This document shows positions 35,844-47,400 of a stretch of 64,000 nucleotides of DNA, in pieces. The position numbers and the translations under genes were made by a program. Origin of the DNA: a phage. The notes below the pieces were generated by a model. It did no database searches and had not been told where the DNA came from. It saw only the letters and a program-made list of their open reading frames with translations. The stretch lies in sequence record PZ296772.1. One strand, written 5' to 3'. Position 1 is the stretch's first letter, and each line of letters begins with the position of its first letter.

Positions 35844-36706
35844 TATTGAGCGACCCTAATTTTCTGAGTTGAAATAACTTTAGCTGCCACTCGAAGACCA
35901 TTTATATGTGAAGAAACTGTCATAGTGGCAAAATTGTTAATTATCGAAAAACTAATATTCGCAATTTCATCTTCTTCGTTATCATTACCAACGCGCATCA
36001 CTGCGTATTCGGTTGAAATAACTCTTGAATTAATTGTATCTATTAGAATATTTATTTCACATGATTTAATTTTTCTACCGTTGGCAGATTGGCATGTAAC
36101 CAAAAGTTTAGCAGCGTTATATTCAGTTTTATAAAATAGAGGAATATTGACATAGTCTGAAATAATATTCCATGTCCCGTCTACAGGAATTTCGGTATGA
36201 CTAAACATACTTTCTGTAGAATAATCCCATATTGAACCGCCTGCACCAGAAGAAATACAACGAAGAGTAACTTTAGTATAAGGTGTGGTTATAACTAAAT
36301 TACCTGCAACACCTTTAATAGAATCTAATGCTTGGATACTTAATGGGTTATTTACAGAAATTGACCCGTTTGAATTTATAAATTCCACGGAATCGCCGAG
36401 TTCACCTCTAGCAACAGTAACAATAACACCACCGGTAGAAGCATCTATGTCGTGTCTACTTCCTACTGGAACAGGGGTGAAATAATCAGTAGGGCCTCCT
36501 TTTTGGTAGTATCCAGTGGCATGGATTATTTGTCCATTCGGTCCTGTCCCATTAGCAGTTGCCATTTTTCGTTGGTCACCAAACGCATTGTAAATAGCAT
36601 TTATATCATTGTTTATTTTAACACCGCCGTCAAAAAGGATATCGCCTGTAGAAGCGTTACCAATTTCGCCAACGTCAATCAATTGTTTTGGAGTTTGAAT
36701 ATACAT
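35843..36706 (-). CDS. 9: baseplate wedge / long-tail-fiber socket gp9
   Basis: 287 aa (T4 288); late promoter upstream. Confidence 0.85.
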   Translation of the reverse strand: MYIQTPKQLIDVGEIGNASTGDILFDGGVKINNDINAIYNAFGDQRKMATANGTGPNGQIIHATGYYQKGGPTDYFTPVPVGSRHDIDASTGGVIVTVARGELGDSVEFINSNGSISVNNPLSIQALDSIKGVAGNLVITTPYTKVTLRCISSGAGGSIWDYSTESMFSHTEIPVDGTWNIISDYVNIPLFYKTEYNAAKLLVTCQSANGRKIKSCEINILIDTINSRVISTEYAVMRVGNDNEEDEIANISFSIINNFATMTVSSHINGLRVAAKVISTQKIRVAQ

Positions 36707-36731
36707 GTGGCTAATCCTTAATAGTTTATAC

Positions 36732-36739
36732 TATTTATA
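36732..36739 (-). promoter_or_regulatory. late promoter for gene 9
   Basis: Reverse complement TATAAATA 26 nt upstream of gene 9 start, just after the gene 8 terminator hairpin. Confidence 0.6.
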
Positions 36740-36746
36740 CACGAAA

Positions 36747-36764
36747 GGGAGACCGAAGTCTCCC
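36747..36764 (-). terminator. terminator hairpin after gene 8
   Basis: GGGAGAC-CGAA-GTCTCCC, identical to the hairpin at 17400-17417. Confidence 0.55.
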
Positions 36765-36768
36765 TAAA

Positions 36769-37773
36769 TTAGAACATAAACAAAATATTGATCTCTTCGG
36801 TTTGGTCCATTGCCATAATAATAGGTGGACGGTTTTCCATATAAATCATTTCACCAGAATGACGCTGTAAATCTCCGGGGTCATAATAATCCTTTTCAGC
36901 CTTTATATTAGGGTCATTAGGACGGAGTTTAGCTTCTAAGGGATTTGTGATAATAGAAATTTGTCTAAATCCTTTATTACCAGGCAGTGCTGCATTAGGG
37001 AAATAAACTGAGTCTAAATAGGCTTTAAAACGAATTATGTTTGCTTTAACTCTATACACAAGGCCAAAATCATCTTGTTGCCAGGTTAGATTGTTTTCAT
37101 ATCCCCAACGAGCAGGGTCTTCTTTAACTTCTTCCGGCCATGGAACGACTATATATTCATTAGTACATCGGTTTATAGACACATCAGGTGGAATCTCATA
37201 AAGATACTCCCATATATATCCATCACCAACTTCGATAATCCCTTCAGCATCTCCACGACCTTCAGGAGGAGTCATTGACCTAACAGAAGGTGTCCATTTA
37301 CCACCTAATTTAAGACATTCTTCTTTGTTGTCGAGAGACTCAATAGAACACATCCCAACATCAGGAACATCTACGCAACGATATACTAACCATCCGGCCC
37401 CGACTTCAGTAGCATTATAAGGGGCTGTATTACATACGACTATATCATTTATTTTGAATGTATAAGGGTCCGGATAACGAATATCTCCCCAGTCACGTCT
37501 AGGAATAACCGAGTCTAACATAGATGGGATAACTTTAACTAAACCCATCATGTTAGTCCACATATCTGTTACACCTAAAACCGAGTCTGTTGGATACGGT
37601 GGGGCGAAGCCCACCTCATTTTCATTAGCAGCCCATGGTTCAGACCGACCAAACGTTATAAAGATGGTGTTTTTATTATCACCATCACCTATTGAATTGT
37701 AGAAATTCAACATTTTTTCAGTTCTAAATTTTGAAGTAACTATCGCACGATAGACAACACTTGAATCATTCAT
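36769..37773 (-). CDS. 8: baseplate wedge protein gp8
   Basis: 334 aa as in T4; synteny. Confidence 0.85.
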   Translation of the reverse strand: MNDSSVVYRAIVTSKFRTEKMLNFYNSIGDGDNKNTIFITFGRSEPWAANENEVGFAPPYPTDSVLGVTDMWTNMMGLVKVIPSMLDSVIPRRDWGDIRYPDPYTFKINDIVVCNTAPYNATEVGAGWLVYRCVDVPDVGMCSIESLDNKEECLKLGGKWTPSVRSMTPPEGRGDAEGIIEVGDGYIWEYLYEIPPDVSINRCTNEYIVVPWPEEVKEDPARWGYENNLTWQQDDFGLVYRVKANIIRFKAYLDSVYFPNAALPGNKGFRQISIITNPLEAKLRPNDPNIKAEKDYYDPGDLQRHSGEMIYMENRPPIIMAMDQTEEINILFMF

Positions 37774-40700
37774 CTAATTTAACCTGTGGTGGATTAATCG
37801 GGTCTCTAGGATTTCCCACGTTATCTAACAATCTTTCATTAACAAGCTCTCTAAATCTAGAGAACGTTGTACCTGATGCATCAAATAATGGGCTCATTGG
37901 CTTGCGTCGTTCGGACGGTAATTGTCCTTGGAAAATAGAGTTATCATTTTCTTCGTTATAATTTGCAGGTAAAGGGTATTCGATACCGGCATAAGGTCCA
38001 GCATCATAAATTACTTCACCTGTAACAGGATTGAATTCTACATTACCTTGAGGGTCTAAACGAGCGACGCGGTCTGCATATTCCGTAGGCAGTCCGGAAT
38101 CCCACTTATAATTTTTATATTTATTAATAATAGTTTCAACATGTTTAAGCGTTAATCCTGTATTAATAAACATTGTTAATAAGGTTATTGCAATAAATCC
38201 AAATCCTACCGGATGTACAAAACGTAGTACGTCAGATTTCCAACGAGAGGACGGAAGATTTGACTTTATTTTCATGACGTAATAAGCTCTACCACGATTA
38301 AAATAATCGATAGTGTTTTGGGCAAGTTCTTTACCTTTAATACCGCGAACTATTTCACCTTCAAAATCTGCTAGTCTTTCGGCTTTTACTTCTTGACCGA
38401 CTAAAAGCCTACCTAAAAGGTTATGAATAGTCACAGTCCATTGTAATTTACCTTTAGAATAGCTTCTTTCTAAATATGTAACATTACATCTACCTGTAGC
38501 GGTGTATATAGTTTGTCCAACCAAATCTTCACTTATAGAATCAGATTGAATTATGATATCGTACTCTGTTCCAGCAGATGACTCAATTTCCACTTCAACG
38601 TCTTCGTTATAAAGAACTTTAAACAAAAACTTATACGACGCTTCAGTTCCTTTAGTAGAATAAAAATCATAACTTCTAGACTCAAAGAACCTAGAAACTA
38701 AATCACGTTTCTCAGCATTCAAATAAATGTTCCGTTTATAAATTTCGGACCAAAGATATTCCCATGCGTGTTCTTCTCGTGGGTATTTATTTTTAATCAA
38801 ATTCAATAAGTTATTATAATGAGTCCCGTATCCATCAGAAAGATATTGAATATACGCTTCACAAAATGCTTCAAAGTTTGTATTATCCAACAGATAAGAC
38901 TCTGGCATCATTGTAGTGAGTAATGGGCGTAAATCCGGGTCAGCTAGACCTGTCTCTTCAACAGGAACCCAAGAAGTTTCTTTTTCTTGGTTTTGTAATG
39001 AGGCGGTCAAGAATACGTTAGTGGGCTTCCAAATTATAGAAACGTTATCTCTAACACGATAACTAAAATCGTAATATGAAATTATTTCACCTGATGATTT
39101 ATAAAACAACATACCAGATGCGTATTTTTTAAATCCAGTGAATTCTATATTCGGCATAACAATCTTACAATCGCCATCATTCCAGTATTCATGAACTTTA
39201 CGATCAGGTGAAGTGCTAGGGTGGCTTTCAACTACCTTTGTGTAAAGCAAATCAGAATAAATCACTACCGCTCTATCAGAGTTATTAATCCAAGAACGTG
39301 TGCCTGATTTTCTAGAATAACTAAAGAAAGGTTCTGCATAATACTGCATAGGAGTTGGTGAAAAAGTTTCCCAATTACTTTCTTCGTTTGATGCGAAAAT
39401 CATCATATGGTAATGTTTATCTGCGAGCCATTCTCTAGGATATTCATACTTAACTGCTCTTAAAAGTTCATACTTAGATTGCGTTTCTGGGTCGTCAACA
39501 ATATCAGATTCTAAAAATTTAAAATTACTAGAAGAGATATAAAGCTCAACACCATCAGTAGACATATTGGTGAAAGCCGGTTCTATACGACGGCGTTCTT
39601 CTTCGGTATTACCAAATATCCTTTTAAATGTTCCAGCGTCATGGTCTAAAACGTATACACCTTTATCAACGGAATCCAAAATAGGCTTTGTTCTTGGGTC
39701 GTCATTAACATTTTCGACTTCACCAATAATAAGAGCGAATATTCTTCCACCAACAGAATCCATTTTATAACAAACTGCTTTAGGGTTGCCTGTTATTGTA
39801 AACGTCTCGGGTTCAAACAACCGTTCGGAATAGGTCGGAGATAATGGATCTGAATCAATAGGAGCGTTACTGGTTTTAACGAAGCGAACTTTATCTCTGG
39901 CCGCAATATAAACATAGTCGTCATTACAAGTAATAGCTTCTGCAATACGTGATACGTTTCCTGGTAATGACGCGTATGTACCGAAAATCTCTACATCAAA
40001 ACCTAAATTTAATCGGTCCCCGATTTTAGCAAATGTTACATCTTGTGAACTGAAACGAACATCATCAGCAGACCAACGAATATCGGATGATTTACGCCCG
40101 TAAAAAATCTTATCATAGCCGAGCAAATACGTCGTATATTCTGATTGGTAATATACAGTTCGTGAAAGTGGATATCCTACACGGTCATTAAGCAATTTAA
40201 CCGCTTTCCATGTTTGGCCTTTATCATTAGACACTTTTACAATAGGTTGGAATCTTTCAAAAAGGTAAAGAATTCCTTCAGATTCCATTAGATATACTCG
40301 ATTTATATCTTTACATACGTCCTGGATATGCCCCTGGATTTCATGATACTGATTTTCACCAATTATAAAATTTCTAATCGATGACACATCGGTGTATGCA
40401 GGACTAAATTGGAACGACTCGCTCATCAGTGCTGCCATGATCGTGTCATTATTAAAATCAACGTAGTTTGTATTATTTTTTGTAAATTTTTCAGAAATAA
40501 ACTCGTTAGCTAATTGCATTTCAATCATATGTTGGAATGTGTAAGCGTTTATTTCAAATGTTTCAAACTCTTCGGTGTATCTCCAATCAGACTGCTCAAA
40601 TCCCTCCGCTGCTGTAGCCACACGCATCATATATGTTGTTAATGAATTTAAACCAGACTCAAAGAAATTGTTATCAGCGGTATATCCTAAATTAGTCCAT

Positions 40701-40864
40701 CTATAGCTATTACGGGGAATTGCTTCCCCATTAGCTGTTTTGGTCTCAGCTATTTCCACAAAATAGTAGAAATTAGCGCCAACCTCATCCCAGCGAATTT
40801 GAACTTGGTTTGCGGACAATTTAGATAATCTGAGACTCGTGACTGCTGGCGCTTTTACTGTCAT
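37766..40864 (-). CDS. 7: baseplate wedge initiator gp7
   Basis: 1032 aa, identical length to T4 gp7; synteny. Confidence 0.88.
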   Translation of the reverse strand: MTVKAPAVTSLRLSKLSANQVQIRWDEVGANFYYFVEIAETKTANGEAIPRNSYRWTNLGYTADNNFFESGLNSLTTYMMRVATAAEGFEQSDWRYTEEFETFEINAYTFQHMIEMQLANEFISEKFTKNNTNYVDFNNDTIMAALMSESFQFSPAYTDVSSIRNFIIGENQYHEIQGHIQDVCKDINRVYLMESEGILYLFERFQPIVKVSNDKGQTWKAVKLLNDRVGYPLSRTVYYQSEYTTYLLGYDKIFYGRKSSDIRWSADDVRFSSQDVTFAKIGDRLNLGFDVEIFGTYASLPGNVSRIAEAITCNDDYVYIAARDKVRFVKTSNAPIDSDPLSPTYSERLFEPETFTITGNPKAVCYKMDSVGGRIFALIIGEVENVNDDPRTKPILDSVDKGVYVLDHDAGTFKRIFGNTEEERRRIEPAFTNMSTDGVELYISSSNFKFLESDIVDDPETQSKYELLRAVKYEYPREWLADKHYHMMIFASNEESNWETFSPTPMQYYAEPFFSYSRKSGTRSWINNSDRAVVIYSDLLYTKVVESHPSTSPDRKVHEYWNDGDCKIVMPNIEFTGFKKYASGMLFYKSSGEIISYYDFSYRVRDNVSIIWKPTNVFLTASLQNQEKETSWVPVEETGLADPDLRPLLTTMMPESYLLDNTNFEAFCEAYIQYLSDGYGTHYNNLLNLIKNKYPREEHAWEYLWSEIYKRNIYLNAEKRDLVSRFFESRSYDFYSTKGTEASYKFLFKVLYNEDVEVEIESSAGTEYDIIIQSDSISEDLVGQTIYTATGRCNVTYLERSYSKGKLQWTVTIHNLLGRLLVGQEVKAERLADFEGEIVRGIKGKELAQNTIDYFNRGRAYYVMKIKSNLPSSRWKSDVLRFVHPVGFGFIAITLLTMFINTGLTLKHVETIINKYKNYKWDSGLPTEYADRVARLDPQGNVEFNPVTGEVIYDAGPYAGIEYPLPANYNEENDNSIFQGQLPSERRKPMSPLFDASGTTFSRFRELVNERLLDNVGNPRDPINPPQVKLDE

Positions 40865-42831
40865 TGTGAAATAGGCTCCAAATCTATGGTTAAATATTGC
40901 GGACGTAAGTCATTTTCAAATACAATTAACGACCCGTCTTTAGTAAAGATAACATCATCAGCTGGGTCCGAATAGAGTTCAATAGTTTGAACTTCAAACC
41001 TATCAGAAGTTAAATCAATTTTAGCTATATTCCAATAAATTGAATCAGCCGGATAATTTACTTCACCTATAGAGTAATATTTGTTTCTTCCGTCCGTAAC
41101 ATGAAGTTTATTAAAATCGTCACCAGTATATGGTTGAATATAAGCATTTTCTATAACGTCGCCATCTGCAAACGGGCCAATGATAACTTGTCCAATGCCA
41201 CGGTCATTTCTATCTGAACCTACAATGCGAACGTCATATTTAATAGTAGCTTCCGTTTCAGGGTCAACGCGTAAACTATCAAATGAAAACACGTTAGATT
41301 CTAATGTTCTATCTTTAATCTGGTTATTGTATTTAATACCTGTTTCAGGTGTTTTGTAGAAGTTCTGTACCTCGCGAACCATTTGAATAGTCGCAGACGA
41401 ACCAATGATAGAAATATCTGCGTCATCGACATACGTTAGCATTTTAGATTTTGCGAATGACGAGTTAAAAATTTCCACGTCTTCAATATAATACCGGTCG
41501 ATTTTATTAATAATTTGGCCTTCTAACCATTGTTCAGATTCCTGTAATTTGTTCAATGCATACGTAACGCGAATATTCATTTTAATAAACAAATAATCAG
41601 GAGAAATAACAACAGGAGTTATCGTCCCTAAGTTATACTCATTAAGATAATTTTTAATATCGTCTCGTTGGACGGAAGTCAAATATAGCCCAGACTTAGG
41701 TTTAGCAGCAATAAATGCGTACCCAGGCTTAGATGAATCCGTAAATGTCTGAACCGCTTGAATAATAGAACCAAATCGTTCAGAGACGAATGTGTCGTAA
41801 TCAGTAGCGGTCACACATCGTTGTTGAGTTTCGCGTTTAATTGTACCTAATTCACGGATACGTTCAATATCTTCAGGGTCGCCACCACCATCCGCACCAA
41901 CGAAGTCAGGGTTATTACTTGGGTTTTCATTAATTCCAATAACTGTGATATTAGCTAATGTATCAGCATAAGAGAATCCTACTGCACCATTTGCTTCAGC
42001 ACCATTAGTAGAAATATATTCAATTACGATTTTAGAACCCTGGACGGGTTTAAGGCCACCAATGTAGTTGGATGTTAAAGCACCTTCTGATGTGTTAATA
42101 GAGATTTCACCTTCACCAAAATAAAATTCAGTGTTCCCGTCAACAGTTTCTCGCATATAATAAATGGTTGAAGTAGAACCAGCATGAACCATCGATTTGC
42201 GGGTCCAGTTAATCCATTCTGCTCCGTCAACATACAATTTAACCAAATTACGGTCAATGTTCTTATCACGAATAATGATAGGTTTTAATTTATCAAATGT
42301 TAATTCAGTACGAACAATACGTCCCTGAGCTAACCTAAGACGTGGGAAATATTGATTATTTTTGTCTTTAACTACAATGACGTCTTCGGTGGAAACAAAG
42401 TTATATGGATTTACAGAAGTACCTTTAGCATACGCCAGGAAACGAGTACCACGTGGAATAGTGATATAGTTTCTATTTAATGCATCCGTACATGTGAGCA
42501 TAATTTCTGTTTGTGCTGCTGATTTAGATGCAGGCAGATATCCATTATCCTGCGCCGCTTGTACAACAGAACTGCGCAAGTTAGCAGTACGCATAAAGCT
42601 TTCATACACTGCACTATTACTGAACTGTTGGATATAAAGAGTGTTATATGCTAAAAGGTCGCACAATACATTTAAGCGTGAACCTTCAAAATCATAATCA
42701 AGAAATTCATTCTGCCCATTGAGCCATTCGATAATGTTTTGTTTGATTTCGGCAAATGTACCACCGATAAAAATCTCGGGAATAGCATTCGCTGTTCTGG
42801 CTAATTGATAATTTACAGGAGTGTTTGCCAT
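40861..42831 (-). CDS. 6: baseplate wedge protein gp6
   Basis: ORF 40861..42888 trimmed to MANTPVNYQL, the T4 gp6 N-terminus; strong match along length. Confidence 0.92.
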   Translation of the reverse strand: MANTPVNYQLARTANAIPEIFIGGTFAEIKQNIIEWLNGQNEFLDYDFEGSRLNVLCDLLAYNTLYIQQFSNSAVYESFMRTANLRSSVVQAAQDNGYLPASKSAAQTEIMLTCTDALNRNYITIPRGTRFLAYAKGTSVNPYNFVSTEDVIVVKDKNNQYFPRLRLAQGRIVRTELTFDKLKPIIIRDKNIDRNLVKLYVDGAEWINWTRKSMVHAGSTSTIYYMRETVDGNTEFYFGEGEISINTSEGALTSNYIGGLKPVQGSKIVIEYISTNGAEANGAVGFSYADTLANITVIGINENPSNNPDFVGADGGGDPEDIERIRELGTIKRETQQRCVTATDYDTFVSERFGSIIQAVQTFTDSSKPGYAFIAAKPKSGLYLTSVQRDDIKNYLNEYNLGTITPVVISPDYLFIKMNIRVTYALNKLQESEQWLEGQIINKIDRYYIEDVEIFNSSFAKSKMLTYVDDADISIIGSSATIQMVREVQNFYKTPETGIKYNNQIKDRTLESNVFSFDSLRVDPETEATIKYDVRIVGSDRNDRGIGQVIIGPFADGDVIENAYIQPYTGDDFNKLHVTDGRNKYYSIGEVNYPADSIYWNIAKIDLTSDRFEVQTIELYSDPADDVIFTKDGSLIVFENDLRPQYLTIDLEPISQ

Positions 42832-42839
42832 TTTAATTC

Positions 42840-43133
42840 CTATTTTATAAAGACTTTTGACGAGGCCTGAGAAACAGTATCCCCGCATGAAATTGGATCA
42901 GCCATTTGAACGGCCTTTTTACCGGTGATGTATACTTTAGATGTACGAGGTTCAGTAACACCTCCATGAGTCTCGTATGGTTTTTTAATTTCTGTATGAG
43001 GTGTTATTTGGTCTCCTGCCACAAGAACAGGAATACCGCCGGTGAACACTTTAGATTGGGAAGCATTTATTACAGTAGGAGGCCATGCTTCATGACCTGT
43101 TGTAACGCACTTGTCATAACTTAAGCCAGACAT
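42840..43133 (-). CDS. 5.4: PAAR-repeat spike tip protein gp5.4
   Basis: ORF 42840..43187 trimmed to [19 protein letters not shown] (97 aa); matches T4 gp5.4. Confidence 0.9.
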   Translation of the reverse strand: MSGLSYDKCVTTGHEAWPPTVINASQSKVFTGGIPVLVAGDQITPHTEIKKPYETHGGVTEPRTSKVYITGKKAVQMADPISCGDTVSQASSKVFIK

Positions 43134-43135
43134 TT

Positions 43136-43651
43136 TCACGGCCTCACATAAACATAGTTTCGTAATTGATGAGCCCATTTGCTCCAATTTCCTACTATAG
43201 TTTTTGTATAAACCTTAGTAAGAGTTTTTTGTACTGGAGCCGGTGGAGGTTCTGTACCAGAGTCACTTCTAGAACCGCCTGATGAACTTTCTTCTTGGTG
43301 GTTATAAATCATTTCAACCGTATAACTAAACACTTTACGAAGATTCTGAGGAGCTCTCCACAAATATAACTGTGTTGACTCATCTTTTGGTAAATCATCC
43401 CATGAAGATGCGGTTTCAAAATCATCATTTAATCGGTATTTCAATGCATCAGAAGAAAAGCTAAACACACTTTCATATGTTCCATATAAACGATTACCAT
43501 CTACCGTAATGCCTTGTGTCGGTTCATAATCTGTTATATTTATTGACACTAAAGTTTCGGTTGTTTCTAACTGTGGAGTAAAAAGGACGTCAATAGACGC
43601 CCCTTCCATGTCTTCTCCTAAGTCGGTATTTAAAGGAAGTATTTGTGCCAT
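43136..43651 (-). CDS. hypothetical protein (5.1-like position)
   Basis: 171 aa ORF between gene 5 and 5.4; assigned by position only. Confidence 0.55.
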   Translation of the reverse strand: MAQILPLNTDLGEDMEGASIDVLFTPQLETTETLVSINITDYEPTQGITVDGNRLYGTYESVFSFSSDALKYRLNDDFETASSWDDLPKDESTQLYLWRAPQNLRKVFSYTVEMIYNHQEESSSGGSRSDSGTEPPPAPVQKTLTKVYTKTIVGNWSKWAHQLRNYVYVRP

Positions 43652-43654
43652 ATA

Positions 43655-45388
43655 TTACCCAATATCAATACGAGATCCGTCAACAGTATATTGTCCTGAA
43701 GCTATTGAGCTCATTGTAGTCATTGTCTCCGACCAATTTCCAGCAACAGTCATATCAACATTACCATTGACGGTCCATTTAACATTACCATTAACAGTAT
43801 AGTCATGATTCCCTTCAACTTGAGTCTTAGCATCACCTTTAACAAGAATATCTGCATTCCCGTCAACGACTATTTTGATATTGCCCTTAACGTAAAGAGT
43901 TCCATCGCCTTCAACAGTTTTAACTTGGTTGCCACGAATAAAGATTGTGTCATTGCCGTCTATTTGATGGAGGCGGTCCGCCATGTTATAATATATTTCA
44001 TTAGCACCAACGTTAACAAGCTTATCGCCAGAAATCAAGAAGTTCCCATCACCATTAGTGATGTCATAAAGGTCTTCTACAGTTTTACGAGTACGACGCC
44101 CGGACGGAGAAACTTCCTCATATGACCCTGTTGGATGAACTAAGCGATAACGTTCATTACCTGGAGTATCGTCAAATTCTTGGATATGACCACTTTCTGT
44201 TTCCATAGCATGAACATACGGGTATTCACCGCGATAACTTGATTCTGGTTCTTTAAAAAGGATGCGTGAATCTAATGGAACAGGAGGACCAGCCGGGTCT
44301 TCTGAATCGGTATTTCTAGTAACTAAATCGGCGCCAACACCAGGCGAAGGCGGTGTTTTAACAGGAACGCCATATGATTCCATGTTACCTGTTAAAATAA
44401 TTGTTGTTACACGTGAAGCGCGTCCTTTAGTCTGTTGGAACCATAATGAATCGCGTCCAGATTTGTATGCAGTTTTCCAATCACCTTCGGCCATTGCTTT
44501 AAGCATAGTATTGAATTTTGCTACACCACCAACGCCCATTTGGAAGCACATGTTTTCTAATGCCATTTGGCGAGATCTGTTCATTTTAGCATAAACAGGA
44601 CCTACTTTAGAATTAGAACGAATGTCTTTCTGCATCTTAGCAAGGTCCTTCTCAAATAACGCTGTTGCTTCTTCTAATGTAATAGTTCCCGGATTTCCTG
44701 TTACTTCACGCCCTACTTGATCGGATAACAATTTATTAATTCGAGACATGTCTCGGGTCTTTTCCATTACGATAAGGTGTCCAATACCTACTGTAGGATA
44801 CCCGAGATGGTCCCAATACACTTTATCACGAAGACCTTCGTCACGACGTAGCATTTCTGTTATTGTAAAATTAGGGTCATCATCTTCTGGAATATTTGCT
44901 AAATCTGTATCATCCGGGTTTATACCATAATCCAAGTTGTTGTCTTGAATTACGTTAGAATTCGAATAATAACCAGCTTCACCACCTTGGTTTAATACGT
45001 TCGTATCATTACCTAAACGTCGTGGATATTGACCTGTAGGGTCGGAAAAACCTTCGAGTCTATTAGGCTTTTCACGTACAATTCCGCCGTATGTACCAAG
45101 TACAATTCCGTTTGTTTTCCATTTGTCTAAGAAATGACCATATACTCGAGTTCCTTCAACAGGACCTGTAACAGAACCACCGATACCTGACATTGACGCA
45201 GACGTAATAGGTTGAATAACAGTCATCCATGGAAGTTTTTCTGTAGGAATACCTTGTACATCACCTTGTGCTCTCTGTGCCGGATGAAGACCAACTACTC
45301 GCACTCGAACTCGCCCTTGTTTTAATGGGTCCATTCTGTCCTCGACAACACCCACGAACCAATTAAGGCTACTGCTAATCATTTCCAT
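43655..45388 (-). CDS. 5: baseplate central spike gp5 with tail lysozyme domain
   Basis: 577 aa (T4 575); lysozyme-like GYPTVGIGHLIV; C-terminal VxGxxxxx beta-helix repeats. Confidence 0.9.
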   Translation of the reverse strand: MEMISSSLNWFVGVVEDRMDPLKQGRVRVRVVGLHPAQRAQGDVQGIPTEKLPWMTVIQPITSASMSGIGGSVTGPVEGTRVYGHFLDKWKTNGIVLGTYGGIVREKPNRLEGFSDPTGQYPRRLGNDTNVLNQGGEAGYYSNSNVIQDNNLDYGINPDDTDLANIPEDDDPNFTITEMLRRDEGLRDKVYWDHLGYPTVGIGHLIVMEKTRDMSRINKLLSDQVGREVTGNPGTITLEEATALFEKDLAKMQKDIRSNSKVGPVYAKMNRSRQMALENMCFQMGVGGVAKFNTMLKAMAEGDWKTAYKSGRDSLWFQQTKGRASRVTTIILTGNMESYGVPVKTPPSPGVGADLVTRNTDSEDPAGPPVPLDSRILFKEPESSYRGEYPYVHAMETESGHIQEFDDTPGNERYRLVHPTGSYEEVSPSGRRTRKTVEDLYDITNGDGNFLISGDKLVNVGANEIYYNMADRLHQIDGNDTIFIRGNQVKTVEGDGTLYVKGNIKIVVDGNADILVKGDAKTQVEGNHDYTVNGNVKWTVNGNVDMTVAGNWSETMTTMSSIASGQYTVDGSRIDIG

Positions 45389-45963
45389 TATGCAATCTCC
45401 ATCTCACGAATCAAATCTGTGATAAACGAGTTTATATCTTCTTTTGCAACAATTTTTATTTTACGAAGTTTTTCATTATCTAATACTGCCGCTTCATAAG
45501 TATCTACTGCAGCTAAAGGTCCTTTATATTGCGGATACTTACGAGCTTCATCACCTTTATCGTACCACACTAAAGGCTCGTCCGGATATGAAACCAAATT
45601 GTAAAATTTCTCACGATTTTCATTAATATGATAAAGAACTTGGTCGCCGCCCGCATTAGCATATTTCTGAATAGAAGCTTGATAAGCTGCTTCCTGAGAT
45701 GTAATCCAACCATAATACGGATCATAGTTATCATTACACATCAAAAGGACCCAGTATAATTGAGGGTTGCCATAAATGATATTCGCTAGTTCTTCAGGAC
45801 GCGGAGAGCCTTTAATATAATAAGAACGTAATCTATAATTGGCAGCAACACGTTTAAAGTACTCTTTATAGTTACGAAATATGTCTGTCATAGGAATAGT
45901 AGGTGCATTCTTATTAACTGTTTTAGCACTATATCCTATTGGGTCGAAGAATGTAAATAACAA
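45388..45963 (-). CDS. 53: baseplate wedge protein gp53
   Basis: 191 aa; N-terminus MLFTFFDPIGY matches T4 gp53; apparent TTG start. Confidence 0.88.
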   Translation of the reverse strand: MLFTFFDPIGYSAKTVNKNAPTIPMTDIFRNYKEYFKRVAANYRLRSYYIKGSPRPEELANIIYGNPQLYWVLLMCNDNYDPYYGWITSQEAAYQASIQKYANAGGDQVLYHINENREKFYNLVSYPDEPLVWYDKGDEARKYPQYKGPLAAVDTYEAAVLDNEKLRKIKIVAKEDINSFITDLIREMEIA

Positions 45964-45990
45964 GATAGTCTCCTTCCAATATGAAATTGG

Positions 45991-45998
45991 TATAAATA
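45991..45998 (+). promoter_or_regulatory. late promoter for gene 4
   Basis: TATAAATA 27 nt upstream of gene 4 ATG. Confidence 0.55.
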
Positions 45999-46005
45999 AT
46001 AATAC

Positions 46006-46013
46006 TATTTATA
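46006..46013 (-). promoter_or_regulatory. late promoter for gene 53
   Basis: Reverse complement TATAAATA 43 nt upstream of gene 53 start. Confidence 0.5.
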
Positions 46014-46024
46014 AGGAGGACAAC

Positions 46025-46474
46025 ATGGCCTACTCTGGTAAATGGGTCCCAAAAAATTTAAAAAAATACCGTGGAGACCATACCAAAATAACGTATCGTT
46101 CAAACTGGGAAAAATTCTTTTTCGAATGGTTGGATAAAAATCCAGAAATTATTGCATGGGGTAGTGAAACAGCAGTAATTCCATATTTTTGTAATGCTGA
46201 AGGTAAGAAACGTCGATACTATATGGACATATGGATGAAAGATGCATCAGGTCAAGAGTTTTTTGTAGAAATAAAACCAAAGAAAGAAACTCAACCACCT
46301 ATTAAACCGGTGAATCTTACAACTGCGGCTAAGAAACGTTATATGAATGAAATATATACCTGGTCTGTGAACTGTGACAAATGGAAAGCTGCCTCAGCTG
46401 TTGCTGAAAAGAGAAATATAAAATTTCGAGTTCTAACCGAAGATGGTCTTAGAAAACTCGGATACAAGGGGTAA
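46025..46474 (+). CDS. 4: head completion protein gp4
   Basis: ORF 45881..46474 trimmed to ATG after GGAGG SD (149 aa; T4 150); late promoter upstream. Confidence 0.8.
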   Translation: MAYSGKWVPKNLKKYRGDHTKITYRSNWEKFFFEWLDKNPEIIAWGSETAVIPYFCNAEGKKRRYYMDIWMKDASGQEFFVEIKPKKETQPPIKPVNLTTAAKKRYMNEIYTWSVNCDKWKAASAVAEKRNIKFRVLTEDGLRKLGYKG

Positions 46475-46476
46475 TT

Positions 46477-47298
46477 ATGAGCATATTCCAAATTATATCT
46501 GAAGGCGTACAAGCCCCTAAGATTGCTCAGTCTATGAATGAAAGAAAATGGATTGAGATAGGATTAGAATACAAGAAAGCTAAAGAGAAAGGAATCACTG
46601 CAAAAGCATTTGCAGAATCAAAAGGAATAAAATACTCGTCGTTTACATCTGCAATGTCTAGATATGCATCATCTATTAAGACTGCACAGAAAATTGAAAC
46701 GCTTGAATCTAAACCTAAAAATAAACTCAATAAGCAAGAACGTCAACTTCTGATGATAAACTCGTTTCGCAGTTCAATACGAGAAAAGATTAGAAATGAA
46801 GGCGCAGCAGTAAACAACAAATCATCTAAGTGGTTTGTTGAAACAATTAAGAAAAGTGTAAAAGGTCATAAAGTAGTCAAGCCTACGCCAGGCAAAATTT
46901 ATACTTACGTTTATGATGCTAAACATAAAGATACTCTGCCATACTGGGACCGATATCCTTTGATTATTTATTTAGGATTAGGTAAACATAATTTGATGTA
47001 TGGGTTAAACTTGCACTATATCCCACCTAAAGCACGTCAACAGTTTCTTGAAGAATTGCTGAAGCAATATGCTAGCACAACTACTATTACTAATAACACA
47101 AAGTTGAAGATAGACTGGAGCAAGGTGAAAGGATTTCAAGGTGCTGACAAAATGATTAAAGCATACCTGCCAGGCCACATTAGAGGAACAATAACAGAAA
47201 TAGCTCCTAAAGACTGGGCTAACATAATCATGTTACCTACTCAACAGTTTATGTCAAAAGGAAAACGTTTCTCTGCGAATACTGTTTGGAAATCTTAA
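46477..47298 (+). CDS. 2: DNA end protector protein gp2
   Basis: 273 aa (T4 274); synteny 4-2-3. Confidence 0.8.
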   Translation: MSIFQIISEGVQAPKIAQSMNERKWIEIGLEYKKAKEKGITAKAFAESKGIKYSSFTSAMSRYASSIKTAQKIETLESKPKNKLNKQERQLLMINSFRSSIREKIRNEGAAVNNKSSKWFVETIKKSVKGHKVVKPTPGKIYTYVYDAKHKDTLPYWDRYPLIIYLGLGKHNLMYGLNLHYIPPKARQQFLEELLKQYASTTTITNNTKLKIDWSKVKGFQGADKMIKAYLPGHIRGTITEIAPKDWANIIMLPTQQFMSKGKRFSANTVWKS

Positions 47299-47400
47299 TT
47301 CTATTCTCTTCCGTTCGTCTGATATTCTGTTGAATCGGATTAATGGAAGAGACCTAAAACCATTATACTGCATTTTTATTAAAGCGTTTTTGAGGTGCTT